Below are positions 19,233-28,120 of a stretch of 64,000 nucleotides of DNA, piece by piece. Position numbers and translations under genes: made by a program. The stretch covers positions 24,908-88,907 of the forward strand of contig SORU01000001.1 of assembly GCA_004402915.1 (NCBI GenBank). Reading direction: 5' to 3'. Each line of letters begins with the position of its first letter. Within the stretch, counting starts at the first letter, position 1. Under the pieces are notes generated by a model. The model ran no database searches. It saw nothing but the letters and a program-made list of their open reading frames with translations, and was not told the DNA's origin. The stretch is from Fidelibacterota bacterium MT.SAG.2. Its GTDB lineage: Bacteria; Fidelibacterota; SORT01.

Positions 19233-19267
19233 GAAGCCTTCTTATATAAGAAGGCTTCTTTCGTTTC
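19233..19267 (+). terminator. rho-independent terminator of the etfBA-STAS operon
   Basis: Perfect 11-bp stem GAAGCCTTCTT/AAGAAGGCTTC with loop ATAT, followed by TTTCGTTTC. Confidence 0.6.
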
Positions 19268-19443
19268 AAAGGGGGCAGGAGCACGTATCGAAATAAGTGC
19301 GGGGGAAACACATATTTCACGTTGCCCCTGCTGTAAATAACTGTATTGGTAGCAAATATATACGCACTCTTTTCGTATGTCAAGAAGTTTTTTGTTGACC
19401 ATTTTATACAATGAAACAGCCATTTTCATCAAATATTTCGATT

Positions 19444-20724
19444 TTAATATTCTGTATAGCCTATCTTTTTGAAAAAATCTTCTTTAGAAATTCGTCCTGA
19501 ATTGTACCTGTCAACGTCTCTTTTTAAGACTTTCATGATAAGAGCGTTATTTCTTCCTGAATTGTGATCATGTCTATTCGAATTTTGCCAGTTAGTCAAA
19601 ACTCCTATCCATTCGGTGTCGTTCACTAATCGAAGCGTATGTCCGTAATTTCCGAGGAGTGTAGAAAAGGATAATTTGTATTCCTCTATAGATTTTCTAT
19701 ACTCTTCCATCTCCTTTTGCATAGCTTTTTTTCGAGCTGACACTCTCTCCTTTTTTCTCGCGGAGGCGCTCGTCTTAGGAGCTTTTTTAGCGGAATATAT
19801 TTCACGGCCAGAGTTAAATAAATCAAGTTCATTAATTCTTGCGAGCTCTTCATTTGCATAATTCAATTGGGACTCTATAACATAAAAACTATTTCTGGAT
19901 GAAATTTGATGTCTGTTTACTATGAACAATGCCCCGAAACCGTCAAGATAGAGACCATTAACGCCATTATCTCTCATTCGGAAGCTATACGCTCCGGACA
20001 ATGGAGTATTCAAAGATGTATTCAAGACGTAAGCCATAATATCGATTTGAGAGCTCATATCATCGTTTTTTAGCAGCGACGAGTATTTGATCTTTTTATT
20101 AAAAGTTTTTGACTTAATCTTGCCCGATCTAAACGCGATTATATCTTTCTTCAGTACGTAGAAAAGATGTTCCGGCGATTGATTCGAGGAGTTGAAAAGA
20201 TAGATAGCTATCCTGTCTCTCTCATTTAACTGACCGATCGCATCCGCATAAATTCCGAGAAAATCACTGACCTTAGATGAAATCCGCTCGAGCTCCTTTT
20301 TCTCTTTCTCTTCTTTTCTTTTGGCTCGTTCCTCATCTTCTTCGCTTTCATCAAAACCAAAGGAAATTCTAAAAGAATCATCATTTTTGTCATCATTTCC
20401 TGAAGCCGTTGGAACCCGTAAAACTCGAGCAATCCTTGGCAAAACGAATAGAGATTCCGAGAACGGTTTTGAAATAGGAACTGCGAATATTACGCCATAA
20501 TCAGGCAAATAAAAACCCTGGCTGCCACTCTCGGATGAAAAAAAGGCATTTCCGGATGGAGTAAGGAGTTTGTCTATTATTCCTTCCATAATTCGAAGAT
20601 CGTTTACCAAGCGTTCCTGATCTAATTCACGATTGTTCTGCGCTTTTAAAGCATTAGATGAAAATCCCAAAACAAGCGATAATAAAAACATACAAAATAT
20701 TTTTTTCATAATTTCCTCTTTCAT
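19444..20724 (-). CDS. secreted hypothetical protein with charged coiled-coil segment, co-operonic with ECF sigma/anti-sigma
   Basis: Signal peptide ...NALKA|QNNR. EEDEERAKRKEEKEKKELER low-complexity segment. Overlaps the anti-sigma gene by 4 nt (ATGA). Confidence 0.5.
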   Translation of the reverse strand: MKEEIMKKIFCMFLLSLVLGFSSNALKAQNNRELDQERLVNDLRIMEGIIDKLLTPSGNAFFSSESGSQGFYLPDYGVIFAVPISKPFSESLFVLPRIARVLRVPTASGNDDKNDDSFRISFGFDESEEDEERAKRKEEKEKKELERISSKVSDFLGIYADAIGQLNERDRIAIYLFNSSNQSPEHLFYVLKKDIIAFRSGKIKSKTFNKKIKYSSLLKNDDMSSQIDIMAYVLNTSLNTPLSGAYSFRMRDNGVNGLYLDGFGALFIVNRHQISSRNSFYVIESQLNYANEELARINELDLFNSGREIYSAKKAPKTSASARKKERVSARKKAMQKEMEEYRKSIEEYKLSFSTLLGNYGHTLRLVNDTEWIGVLTNWQNSNRHDHNSGRNNALIMKVLKRDVDRYNSGRISKEDFFKKIGYTEY

Positions 20725-21425
20725 TTTCCTTCGACACTTCTTGTGCCGCTTAATCCTCCCGGTTGATATGCGGATAGCCTATAGAGACCATCAAGGAGTT
20801 GATTTGTTCTGACGTAACGTCCCTCACTCCGTTGTGACATCTCGTTGATAGACCGTCCTATAAGAGTTAGATCCTGTCTCCTTAACAGCGCAAACTGATT
20901 AGCCAGGTCATTTACCACGGCAATATTTTCGTTTCTAGTACGCTCTTCGCTGGCAAGAAGAAGTCGATTCGTAAATACAAGATTTTCCTGCTGCAATCGT
21001 TTGATATCGGCGATCAGTGTGCTCTCTTCCATTTGGTTTTCCATCTTAGCGTTGCTGCCGAATGAAATATACCAGGAGCCGTTACGATAAATCGCCTCAG
21101 TTCGCAATATACCGGTAAACAGAACTACAAGAAGAAGCGTAGTGATCATTCCAAATACAAGTTGTCTTGGACTGATTCCGATCAGATCGAGTTTTCCGAA
21201 GAGTCTTTCAAAGAAGGGTATTTTTTCCTCAATGAAAACCAAATTCATCTCTGCATCTTCTTCTTTCCACCTGCCGAGAGCTGCGGATGTTTCCCGCAGG
21301 TTTTTATATTTTACTTCGCATGATTTGCACGTAGATATATGCTCAAACGCAAATTCCTTCTCCCCTTCGTTCAGCTCATTGTAAAGTAGATCGGCAAACA
21401 GCAACTCCATTTTATCACACTTCAT
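20721..21425 (-). CDS. zinc-finger (HC2-type) anti-sigma factor with one transmembrane helix
   Basis: N-terminus MKCDKMELLFADLLYNELNEGEKEFAFEHISTCKSCEVKYKNL has the HxxxCxxC motif. TM helix MITTLLLVVLFTGIL. Lies immediately downstream of the ECF sigma gene. Start chosen at the MKCDK Met; the ORF extends to 21452. Confidence 0.55.
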   Translation of the reverse strand: MKCDKMELLFADLLYNELNEGEKEFAFEHISTCKSCEVKYKNLRETSAALGRWKEEDAEMNLVFIEEKIPFFERLFGKLDLIGISPRQLVFGMITTLLLVVLFTGILRTEAIYRNGSWYISFGSNAKMENQMEESTLIADIKRLQQENLVFTNRLLLASEERTRNENIAVVNDLANQFALLRRQDLTLIGRSINEMSQRSEGRYVRTNQLLDGLYRLSAYQPGGLSGTRSVEGK

Positions 21426-22017
21426 ATTGAAATACCTCCTTATCGATCTCAAGCTCTGCTAACGCTTTCCTGAGAGCGTTTAATCCGTAATACATTCTTG
21501 ACTTAATAGTGTTGAGCGGTTCTTGTAATATTTCAGAAATCTCTCTGAATTTTAACCCCTGATATTCTTTCATTATAATAACTATTCGTTGCTCCTCCGG
21601 TATCATTTTCAGACCCTTACGGATTATTTCCGCTACTTCCCCCTGACATAGCTCGTCGGCTATATCGCTTGAACCGTCTGAAAGAAAATCTTTCAGTTCC
21701 ATCTCCTCTCCGGTGCTGGTTCTGATCTTTTCATGTATAGAAATAGTCGGCGAGCGTTTATTTTTTCTCATTTCGTCACGGCAATGGTTCATCGCAATTT
21801 GATGGATCCATGCCGAAAATTTCTGCTTATCTTTTAGCTTCCTCAAATTTTTATAAACTTTTATAAATGTTTTTTGTGTAACGTCCTTAGCGTCTTCTCT
21901 CTTGCCAAGTACTTTAAAAACAAAGTTATAGATTCTGTTCTGCCAACGGTTCACCAAGACGTTGAACGCCTGAACGTCTCCGTCAATGAACTTCAGTATA
22001 AGTTGGCTATCTTCCAT
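21415..22017 (-). CDS. RNA polymerase ECF-type sigma-70 factor
   Basis: Region 2 FIKVYKNLRKLKDKQKFSAWIHQIAMNHCRDEMRK and region 4 EQRIVIIMKEYQGLKFREISEILQEPLNTIKSRMYYGLNALR. Confidence 0.85.
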   Translation of the reverse strand: MEDSQLILKFIDGDVQAFNVLVNRWQNRIYNFVFKVLGKREDAKDVTQKTFIKVYKNLRKLKDKQKFSAWIHQIAMNHCRDEMRKNKRSPTISIHEKIRTSTGEEMELKDFLSDGSSDIADELCQGEVAEIIRKGLKMIPEEQRIVIIMKEYQGLKFREISEILQEPLNTIKSRMYYGLNALRKALAELEIDKEVFQYEV

Positions 22018-22190
22018 ATCTTCCTATTCTACACTATTAATGACTCAATTCCCGCTTGTAAAGTTGCAATTATAAACAAGATATTCTATTCAGTCAAAAA
22101 TGAGCAAGAATTATTGAAATGTTGTTATTGAACAAATTTTATCATGAAGTAAGACATAATGTTCTCAACACTCTTAGAGATTTCGTGGCA

Positions 22191-22253
22191 GTCAGGACTT
22201 GTCCTGACGCTTTTGGAAAAGAGTTTCGCGGTCAGGATAAATCCTGACTCGCA
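22191..22253. repeat. pair of 18-bp perfect palindromes GTCAGGAC-TT-GTCCTGAC and GTCAGGAT-AA-ATCCTGAC, 40 bp centre to centre, in a divergent promoter region
   Basis: Read directly at 22191-22208 and 22231-22248. The second is followed by CGCAC, as in related elements at 32876 and 33458. Confidence 0.6.
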
Positions 22254-22381
22254 CACTAAATAATAATAATCGAAAACAATTTTATCGTTTTTAATATCTT
22301 ATACATTGAAATAACTTTTATGGAAACAACGTAAATAGTGAAAAAGGGAGCTTGAATTAAATATGCCAACGGAGGTAAAAA

Positions 22382-22783
22382 ATGAAACGCGCAATATTAA
22401 CCACACTGATGTCAGCCGTATTAGCGGCGGGATTGACAGTGGGAGCGGTCAACCTTGCGACGGCAGAAGAAAACAATACAAAAAAGCTCATCAAGGCGCT
22501 GACTTCCGATAACCTCGGATGGAGAGTCAGCGCAGCACAAATTCTCGGCGACAATCAGGAAGAAAGAGCGGTGAAACCGCTTATTAGGATGTTGAACAAT
22601 GATTTTTCTTATGCTGCACGACTATCCGCGGCAGTAGCTCTTGCGAAGATAGGCGATAAAAAGGCGTTAAGAGCGCTGAAAAAAGTATCTAAACACGATC
22701 GGAATCAAACGGTTAGGACTGTTGCTTTAGGAGCTCATGAGATGTTAGAGAATAGCAACGCACAGCTTGCATCAGAAAAATAA
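22382..22783 (+). CDS. secreted HEAT-repeat protein
   Basis: Signal peptide. Repeats WRVSAAQILGDNQEERAVKPLIRML... and ARLSAAVALAKIGDKKALRALKKV are typical of HEAT/PBS-lyase repeats. Confidence 0.6.
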   Translation: MKRAILTTLMSAVLAAGLTVGAVNLATAEENNTKKLIKALTSDNLGWRVSAAQILGDNQEERAVKPLIRMLNNDFSYAARLSAAVALAKIGDKKALRALKKVSKHDRNQTVRTVALGAHEMLENSNAQLASEK

Positions 22784-22804
22784 TCTGCTGTAAAAAAGTC
22801 ATTC

Positions 22805-22844
22805 AGCCCGCTTTCTATTCTAAGCGGGCTTTTTATTTCTTTTG
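22805..22844 (+). terminator. rho-independent terminator
   Basis: Stem AGCCCGCTT/AAGCGGGCT with 8-nt loop, followed by TTTTTATTTCTTTTG. Confidence 0.65.
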
Positions 22845-22877
22845 ATTGAACTTTGAATTCCATAATATTTCCCGATC

Positions 22878-23294
22878 ATGGATTCAGGTAAATCTAATTA
22901 CAAAGAAAACAAATCAGATTTCTCCGAAAGCGTGGAAAGATTGAATCGGAGGGCGATTTTCGATTTCTCTGTTTTAACGATAGTTACACAGCTGGTTCTC
23001 GCTTTTCTGTATCCGGACAATTCTGATGTTTTTCTTTTGCTCTCTCTGCCGTATTTGATTCCGGCAATACTCTCAAAGTCCAATAAAGGCGCAGTTTATC
23101 CTGTCACATTAGCTATAGCCGTTATTTCAATCTTTATTGGTCTACTAAACGGATATTTCCTGATTTCTTTAAAAGAATGGGTCGTGTTCTTCAAAAAAGG
23201 CTACACTCTTCGCTTCTTGGAACTGTCATACCTTATTTTACTTACGGGCTATATAGGTATGGTATACTTTTCGGTGAGGAAATATTTTTTTTAG
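22878..23294 (+). CDS. hypothetical multi-pass membrane protein
   Basis: 138-aa ORF with three hydrophobic helices. No motif. Confidence 0.3.
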   Translation: MDSGKSNYKENKSDFSESVERLNRRAIFDFSVLTIVTQLVLAFLYPDNSDVFLLLSLPYLIPAILSKSNKGAVYPVTLAIAVISIFIGLLNGYFLISLKEWVVFFKKGYTLRFLELSYLILLTGYIGMVYFSVRKYFF

Positions 23295-23307
23295 CAATTA
23301 GTTTGAA

Positions 23308-24216
23308 TCAGATACCTATCCCGAAGCTTATCTGGTGCGTATCGCCGAGGTTGAAATCGAAGGGGAGGTAGGCGTAATCAAAAGAGTATCGGTTTAGTCT
23401 GATGCCGATACCTGCCGTGATGCCGGAGGAATTTTCGGAGTTGCGTCTATAGCCGCCCCGCAAGCTGAGCATATCGTTGTGAATCAGTTCTCCGCCGAGC
23501 CGAACAAATGAATCGGATTCTAAATATTTACCGATGTCAAATGCCCAATTGAATCTGAGAGAAGTTGTCGGATCAAAACCGCTGCTCAGACCACCCGTAA
23601 TTCGTGTCGGCAGCGATGTTGATTCGTTACTCAGCGTTGACATGCTTCCGAGGTCTTTCAGAACTAAGGCGGATTTAAGATTAAAGAAATTGAGATTTTT
23701 AATCAGACCGAAATCAAGAGCAAACCCGTTTGCGGAGTAAATATGGATTTTTTCGTAGAGAAACTTTGCGGTAGCTCCTATCTTCAAATTACCATTCACA
23801 GCTGTCGCGGCACTGAATGCCATTGCCAATGAATTCGAGCTGAAATAACCCAACGGTTCCACAGTGGGACGTTCATCCCGCCTTTCGATATCGCCCACAC
23901 CGGATAGAGCAACACTTAGCCCGAAGTTCAGTTTATCTGAAGGAATATTCAGACCGAGAAATTGATTGTTGGAGCCGGCAAGCCACTCTTGATTAGAAAA
24001 GATGACGTTCATCCTGTCGGAAACGGCTATTCCGGCTGGATTCCAGTACGCCGCCGATGCGTCTGAAGCGTTGGCGACCGCCGCCCCGCCCATTGCCGAA
24101 GAGGCTGCATCCACACCGATTTTAAGGAACGACATACCGGTTGCAGCGCCGTCTCCGGCATAGAGGAAAGTTTGGAACAGCAGAAAAGCAACCGAAATGT
24201 TAATAAAATTTCTCAT
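23308..24216 (-). CDS. PorV/PorQ-family T9SS-associated outer-membrane beta-barrel protein (paralog 1)
   Basis: Signal peptide. N-terminal motif LKIGVDAASSAMGGAAVANASDASAAYWNPAGI, C-terminal ...SFGIGI. The motif is shared with ORFs 24217..25140 and 46437..47429. Confidence 0.55.
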   Translation of the reverse strand: MRNFINISVAFLLFQTFLYAGDGAATGMSFLKIGVDAASSAMGGAAVANASDASAAYWNPAGIAVSDRMNVIFSNQEWLAGSNNQFLGLNIPSDKLNFGLSVALSGVGDIERRDERPTVEPLGYFSSNSLAMAFSAATAVNGNLKIGATAKFLYEKIHIYSANGFALDFGLIKNLNFFNLKSALVLKDLGSMSTLSNESTSLPTRITGGLSSGFDPTTSLRFNWAFDIGKYLESDSFVRLGGELIHNDMLSLRGGYRRNSENSSGITAGIGIRLNRYSFDYAYLPFDFNLGDTHQISFGIGI

Positions 24217-25140
24217 TTAGAATATAAACTCCCAACTGAACAAATGAGTTCCCCCTTCGCCGACAAATTCCGGCTGAAAAGCATAATCTATGTTCGTATA
24301 AATTCCTTCAGATACAAAATAATACAGCCCGCCACCAAATGAGACAGAGGCGTCATCAATGCCGAATCTCAGCGAATAGAGTTCATTTCGTTGATACTCT
24401 ACGCCGAAACGGAAACGTTCCTCCTGCCGTTGGTTAAACTCCAAAGAGGATGCGATCAATAACCGGTTATCAAGCAAGTACGAACCGCCAATGTGAACGC
24501 TGTAGGGGATCTCATCGGTTGATTTTGTTCCGAATTCAAAAATCTTTTGGGTGTCCCATGTCAACCCGCCGTTATAATCCTTTAAGGTCACGCCCAAGCG
24601 CAGCGCGTCGAATGGAATAACCATAATACCGAAATCGAAAGCCAAGTCGTTTGCGTTGAGTTTTTCATCAACCAGGTCAAGTGATTGAGTCAGAATTTTC
24701 ATCGTGAGACCTAATGCCAACTTTTCGTGAAATTTATTCGAGAATGATATTCCAAATGCGTTCATGTTTTCGCTGTAATCGAACGTATGATTCCCCGACA
24801 GGTCCCGCCCGTCAATATTATCCGTGCCCGCGCCAAGCCAATATATCGAAAGCCCCGCAGTCGGTTTCAGGTTCTGGGAGTAAGAGATAAAATGGAACTG
24901 CCTGTGGAGCGTTAGGAACGAGTAAGTCGTAACAAAATGTCTCTTGGTTAAGAATGGGAGACCCGCCGGATTGTAGTACGCCGCGAATCCATCGTCAGCC
25001 ACTGCCGTGTGCGCTCCGCCCATCGATATTCCTCTCGCGCCGAGACCCATTCGCAGGAACGGAGCGGCAAAGCCGCCGTCACCCTGAGCAAATAGCGTAG
25101 CTGGCAGAAGAAGCAAAAATAGTGAAAATATTTTTATCAT
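24217..25140 (-). CDS. PorV/PorQ-family T9SS-associated outer-membrane beta-barrel protein (paralog 2)
   Basis: Signal peptide ending LFA|QGDG. Motif LRMGLGARGISMGGAHTAVADDGFAAYYNPAGL. Ends in WEFIF. Stop is adjacent to the start of paralog 1. Confidence 0.55.
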   Translation of the reverse strand: MIKIFSLFLLLLPATLFAQGDGGFAAPFLRMGLGARGISMGGAHTAVADDGFAAYYNPAGLPFLTKRHFVTTYSFLTLHRQFHFISYSQNLKPTAGLSIYWLGAGTDNIDGRDLSGNHTFDYSENMNAFGISFSNKFHEKLALGLTMKILTQSLDLVDEKLNANDLAFDFGIMVIPFDALRLGVTLKDYNGGLTWDTQKIFEFGTKSTDEIPYSVHIGGSYLLDNRLLIASSLEFNQRQEERFRFGVEYQRNELYSLRFGIDDASVSFGGGLYYFVSEGIYTNIDYAFQPEFVGEGGTHLFSWEFIF

Positions 25141-25141
25141 A

Positions 25142-26740
25142 TTATTCGATCACCATAACTTTACCCCAAAGCGCTTCTTCTCTGCCGGAGACGCTTCTGA
25201 TGGATATTTTGTAAAAATAAGTGCCGTTGGCAACGATATTCCCGAATCCGTTCCTGCCTGTCCAAACCTCATCCCATTCGCTCGCATTGCGCAGGACTCC
25301 CTTCACGGGTTCGGCTACCAATGTCATTGAAAAATCATACACGCTTATAGATACGGTGGATTCTTCGGAAAGTGAATAATGAAACCGGACGTGACCATCT
25401 CCTCCAAATGTGTTATGCCTTGCCGGAGAAAACGGATTAGGATATGAATACGTGCGTACGCTTCCCGGTTCGGATGTTGATTTTTGAGCACGAAGAATAG
25501 TCCATGTGAAACCGTCATTATCGGTATGAACGAGTCCGTCCGCTGTTCCAGCCCATAATCTTTTATCGGGCATTACGATTGCGGAATAGACCGTTTGAGT
25601 ATAGAGGGGAGTATCAGTTTCCCGGTCTGTTATATCCGAGAAAGATGCCCATGTGATACCGCCGTCAACAGACTTGAAAAGACCGCTGTCCGCCGCGGCA
25701 TATAGAACAGAATCATCTGAGGCGAAATTCCAAACCCTTTGACCGCGCAAAACAGTTCGCCATGATATGCCTCCGTCTTTGGTAAGCGAGACACCGAGAA
25801 ATTCACCTGCGACTGTGGGTCGAGTTGCCGCAAGAATAGTCTCTTCACCATTCCATTGGTGCCGGTGAAGAGAAACTGCCCAATCTCCGCTTATTCCGCT
25901 TCTGTTCCGGCTTGTAAATTTATACCATGAAACGCCGCCGTCGATAGAACGGTTGATGCCTCCCGCCGTTCCTACTATTACGGTATCACCCCACGCTATG
26001 ACGGAAAAGGGCCGATGATTAAAGCTGCCCGTAACGCCGAAAAAAGTGTTATTTACAGGGCTGAGGTCGAAATCGTGAATCGAAGAATCGGTCAGCACAT
26101 CTTCCTCGTCAGGAGGAAGCACGATCCGTTTCCATGTAGCGCCGAAGTCGGTTGAAGAACGAACGCCGCCTGCGAACGAAGTTATATAAATCGTTGTATC
26201 TTCCGTAATTGCTATCGCTATATCAAATGTAACGTTATCAACGTCAATGACGATCGGGAGCGCGTCAATCGTATCACCGAATATAATTTCAAACAGTGCG
26301 TCATCCGCATCTTTAGGCTGATCGATATGAGTCCAGCTGAATCCGTTGTCCATAGAAATGGTTAAACCGCTTCCAGTGCCGTTAGATTCCTCTACATCAG
26401 GATCGTCAAATGCATTTGCGACGATCACTATATCTCCCATAACGGCGAGAGCTGAAACTCCTCCCTTTCCAATGTCGAGTTCATCACGAGGAATGTATTC
26501 TTCAAATGTTGTTCCGTTGTCAGACGTAAAATTCAGACCTTTGCCTGTCCCGATCCAGATGGAATTAAGGTTTCCCATTTTCAAGTCGGTTACCGAGTTG
26601 CCGAGCAAACGCGCGCTTTTGTGGAGAGTCGAATGCCCATCTAAATTAAAGTCCCTTATCTGCTGCGCAAAAGAGAGACGGCTCAAAGAGAAAAGAATTA
26701 AGAGAGACGTGAGCAGAGTTGTTTTCGTAAACAGCTTCAT
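25142..26740 (-). CDS. BNR/Asp-box repeat protein with T9SS type-A C-terminal sorting domain
   Basis: Signal peptide SFA|QQIR. Six Asp-box motifs (SMDNGFSW, STDFGATW, SIDGGVSW, TKDGGISW, SVDGGITW, TDNDGFTW). C-terminal domain YSYPNPFSP...GTYFYKISIRS...GKVMVIE. Confidence 0.7.
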   Translation of the reverse strand: MKLFTKTTLLTSLLILFSLSRLSFAQQIRDFNLDGHSTLHKSARLLGNSVTDLKMGNLNSIWIGTGKGLNFTSDNGTTFEEYIPRDELDIGKGGVSALAVMGDIVIVANAFDDPDVEESNGTGSGLTISMDNGFSWTHIDQPKDADDALFEIIFGDTIDALPIVIDVDNVTFDIAIAITEDTTIYITSFAGGVRSSTDFGATWKRIVLPPDEEDVLTDSSIHDFDLSPVNNTFFGVTGSFNHRPFSVIAWGDTVIVGTAGGINRSIDGGVSWYKFTSRNRSGISGDWAVSLHRHQWNGEETILAATRPTVAGEFLGVSLTKDGGISWRTVLRGQRVWNFASDDSVLYAAADSGLFKSVDGGITWASFSDITDRETDTPLYTQTVYSAIVMPDKRLWAGTADGLVHTDNDGFTWTILRAQKSTSEPGSVRTYSYPNPFSPARHNTFGGDGHVRFHYSLSEESTVSISVYDFSMTLVAEPVKGVLRNASEWDEVWTGRNGFGNIVANGTYFYKISIRSVSGREEALWGKVMVIE

Positions 26741-26741
26741 G

Positions 26742-27569
26742 CTAGTCTATCAGTGTTACGGTTACTTTGAGTGTATCACTTTTCAGACCTGCAAAATCTT
26801 CGGCTTTTATCAAGAAATCGAAAATTCCCGTCTTTCCATCTTCATTGGCTGGATTGGTAGGCTGCGTAACGGAGTAAATTCCGTTACCGGCGATTTTATC
26901 ACCAAACAATCCGTCATCCCTCATAACGAAAGTAACATCTTGTTTGAGGGTAGAGTCGTTATGGATAAATACATCGTAAGTGACTTTCCGAATATCCGAT
27001 AAACCGTTTGAATCTGAGACGGCAACTTCTATGAATATGTTGTCGCCAAGAGCTACAGAATCTGTCATTGAGAATAAGGCAATTTTAGGCGGATAGTTCG
27101 TGATATCCAAGAGTAGTTCGAAATTATCAGCCGCATTTGAATCAAAATCAAAGGCGGAAATCAGAAACCGGAAACTTCCAAGCCCTGAATCAGTGAGTGA
27201 ATGGGAGAGAAGAGCTGAAAATCTCCCGTCTCCGCGGATAATGTCGCCGTTGATCCCACTGTCATTCAGCGCGCCTGTAAGAGAATCGACCCGCCCAGTC
27301 TTGAACGCTTTAAATGTTACCGAGGCAACAGTTGGCAGACCCTGTGGATCCGATAAAAGAGCTTCCAAGAAAAAACGTTGCGTGATATCATTATATTCTG
27401 CCCGAACACTATCAATAGACGGCGAAACTGATAGAGTGTCGGTGTCGTCTGTTTCGATGGGGAAATTCTCTTCGCAGGAACTGACCAACACAAAAAGTGA
27501 AATCAGCACGACGAGTGTTCGCGCCTGAGTATAAAAATATGTTTTATTCATCGTAAAAATTTCGGGCAA
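26742..27569 (-). CDS. hypothetical lipoprotein with Ig-like repeats
   Basis: Lipobox LVSSCEEN. Beta-rich repeated segments. Stop is 1 nt from the start of the BNR cargo gene. Confidence 0.45.
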   Translation of the reverse strand: MPEIFTMNKTYFYTQARTLVVLISLFVLVSSCEENFPIETDDTDTLSVSPSIDSVRAEYNDITQRFFLEALLSDPQGLPTVASVTFKAFKTGRVDSLTGALNDSGINGDIIRGDGRFSALLSHSLTDSGLGSFRFLISAFDFDSNAADNFELLLDITNYPPKIALFSMTDSVALGDNIFIEVAVSDSNGLSDIRKVTYDVFIHNDSTLKQDVTFVMRDDGLFGDKIAGNGIYSVTQPTNPANEDGKTGIFDFLIKAEDFAGLKSDTLKVTVTLID

Positions 27570-27712
27570 ATATACATGGAGTTAATGGATTTGTCAAGCC
27601 GAATAAGAATTGCAGATGGATTGTCCCTCAAATATCTTAAATAATGCCGATTTCATTAAAGCTTGCGAAATGCAACCTAAAGGTTTAAACTCTCGTAACT
27701 GGTTTTATAAAA

Positions 27713-28039
27713 TTGTTAATAATGAAAAATTTTATGCACATACTTCTTATTCTGATAATCACTGCAATGGGCGCATTACAGTTTCTCGACCATCATTCAC
27801 TATGGGGGAATAATGAGCTTACGCTCTCCTCATGTGAAGAAGAGGAGCATAGTCATTCCAACAGCGTGAGAGACCATGTTTGCTTGTCGGCAAGAAGACA
27901 TCAATCAGACGCAATTCTCATTTCGGAACAATTTACGCATCGGCACGCTGAATTATCTCAACCGGTCTATTCAGAAAAGCTGATCCTGAACGACCGATAT
28001 TTTGCATCTCTCTTTGTTGAGAGAGCTCCCCCAGCTTAG
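27713..28039 (+). CDS. small His/Cys-rich membrane-anchored hypothetical protein
   Basis: One TM helix followed by HHSLW...CEEEEHSHSNSVRDHVC...RRHQSD...HRH. Lies upstream of the metal-uptake genes. Confidence 0.25.
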   Translation: MLIMKNFMHILLILIITAMGALQFLDHHSLWGNNELTLSSCEEEEHSHSNSVRDHVCLSARRHQSDAILISEQFTHRHAELSQPVYSEKLILNDRYFASLFVERAPPA

Positions 28040-28120
28040 AACTACTCTAATATCTTCCAAATAAATAATTGATTTTCTAATTGTCCGCAGGAAGCATCGC
28101 GGATTAAACGGAGTAATATT

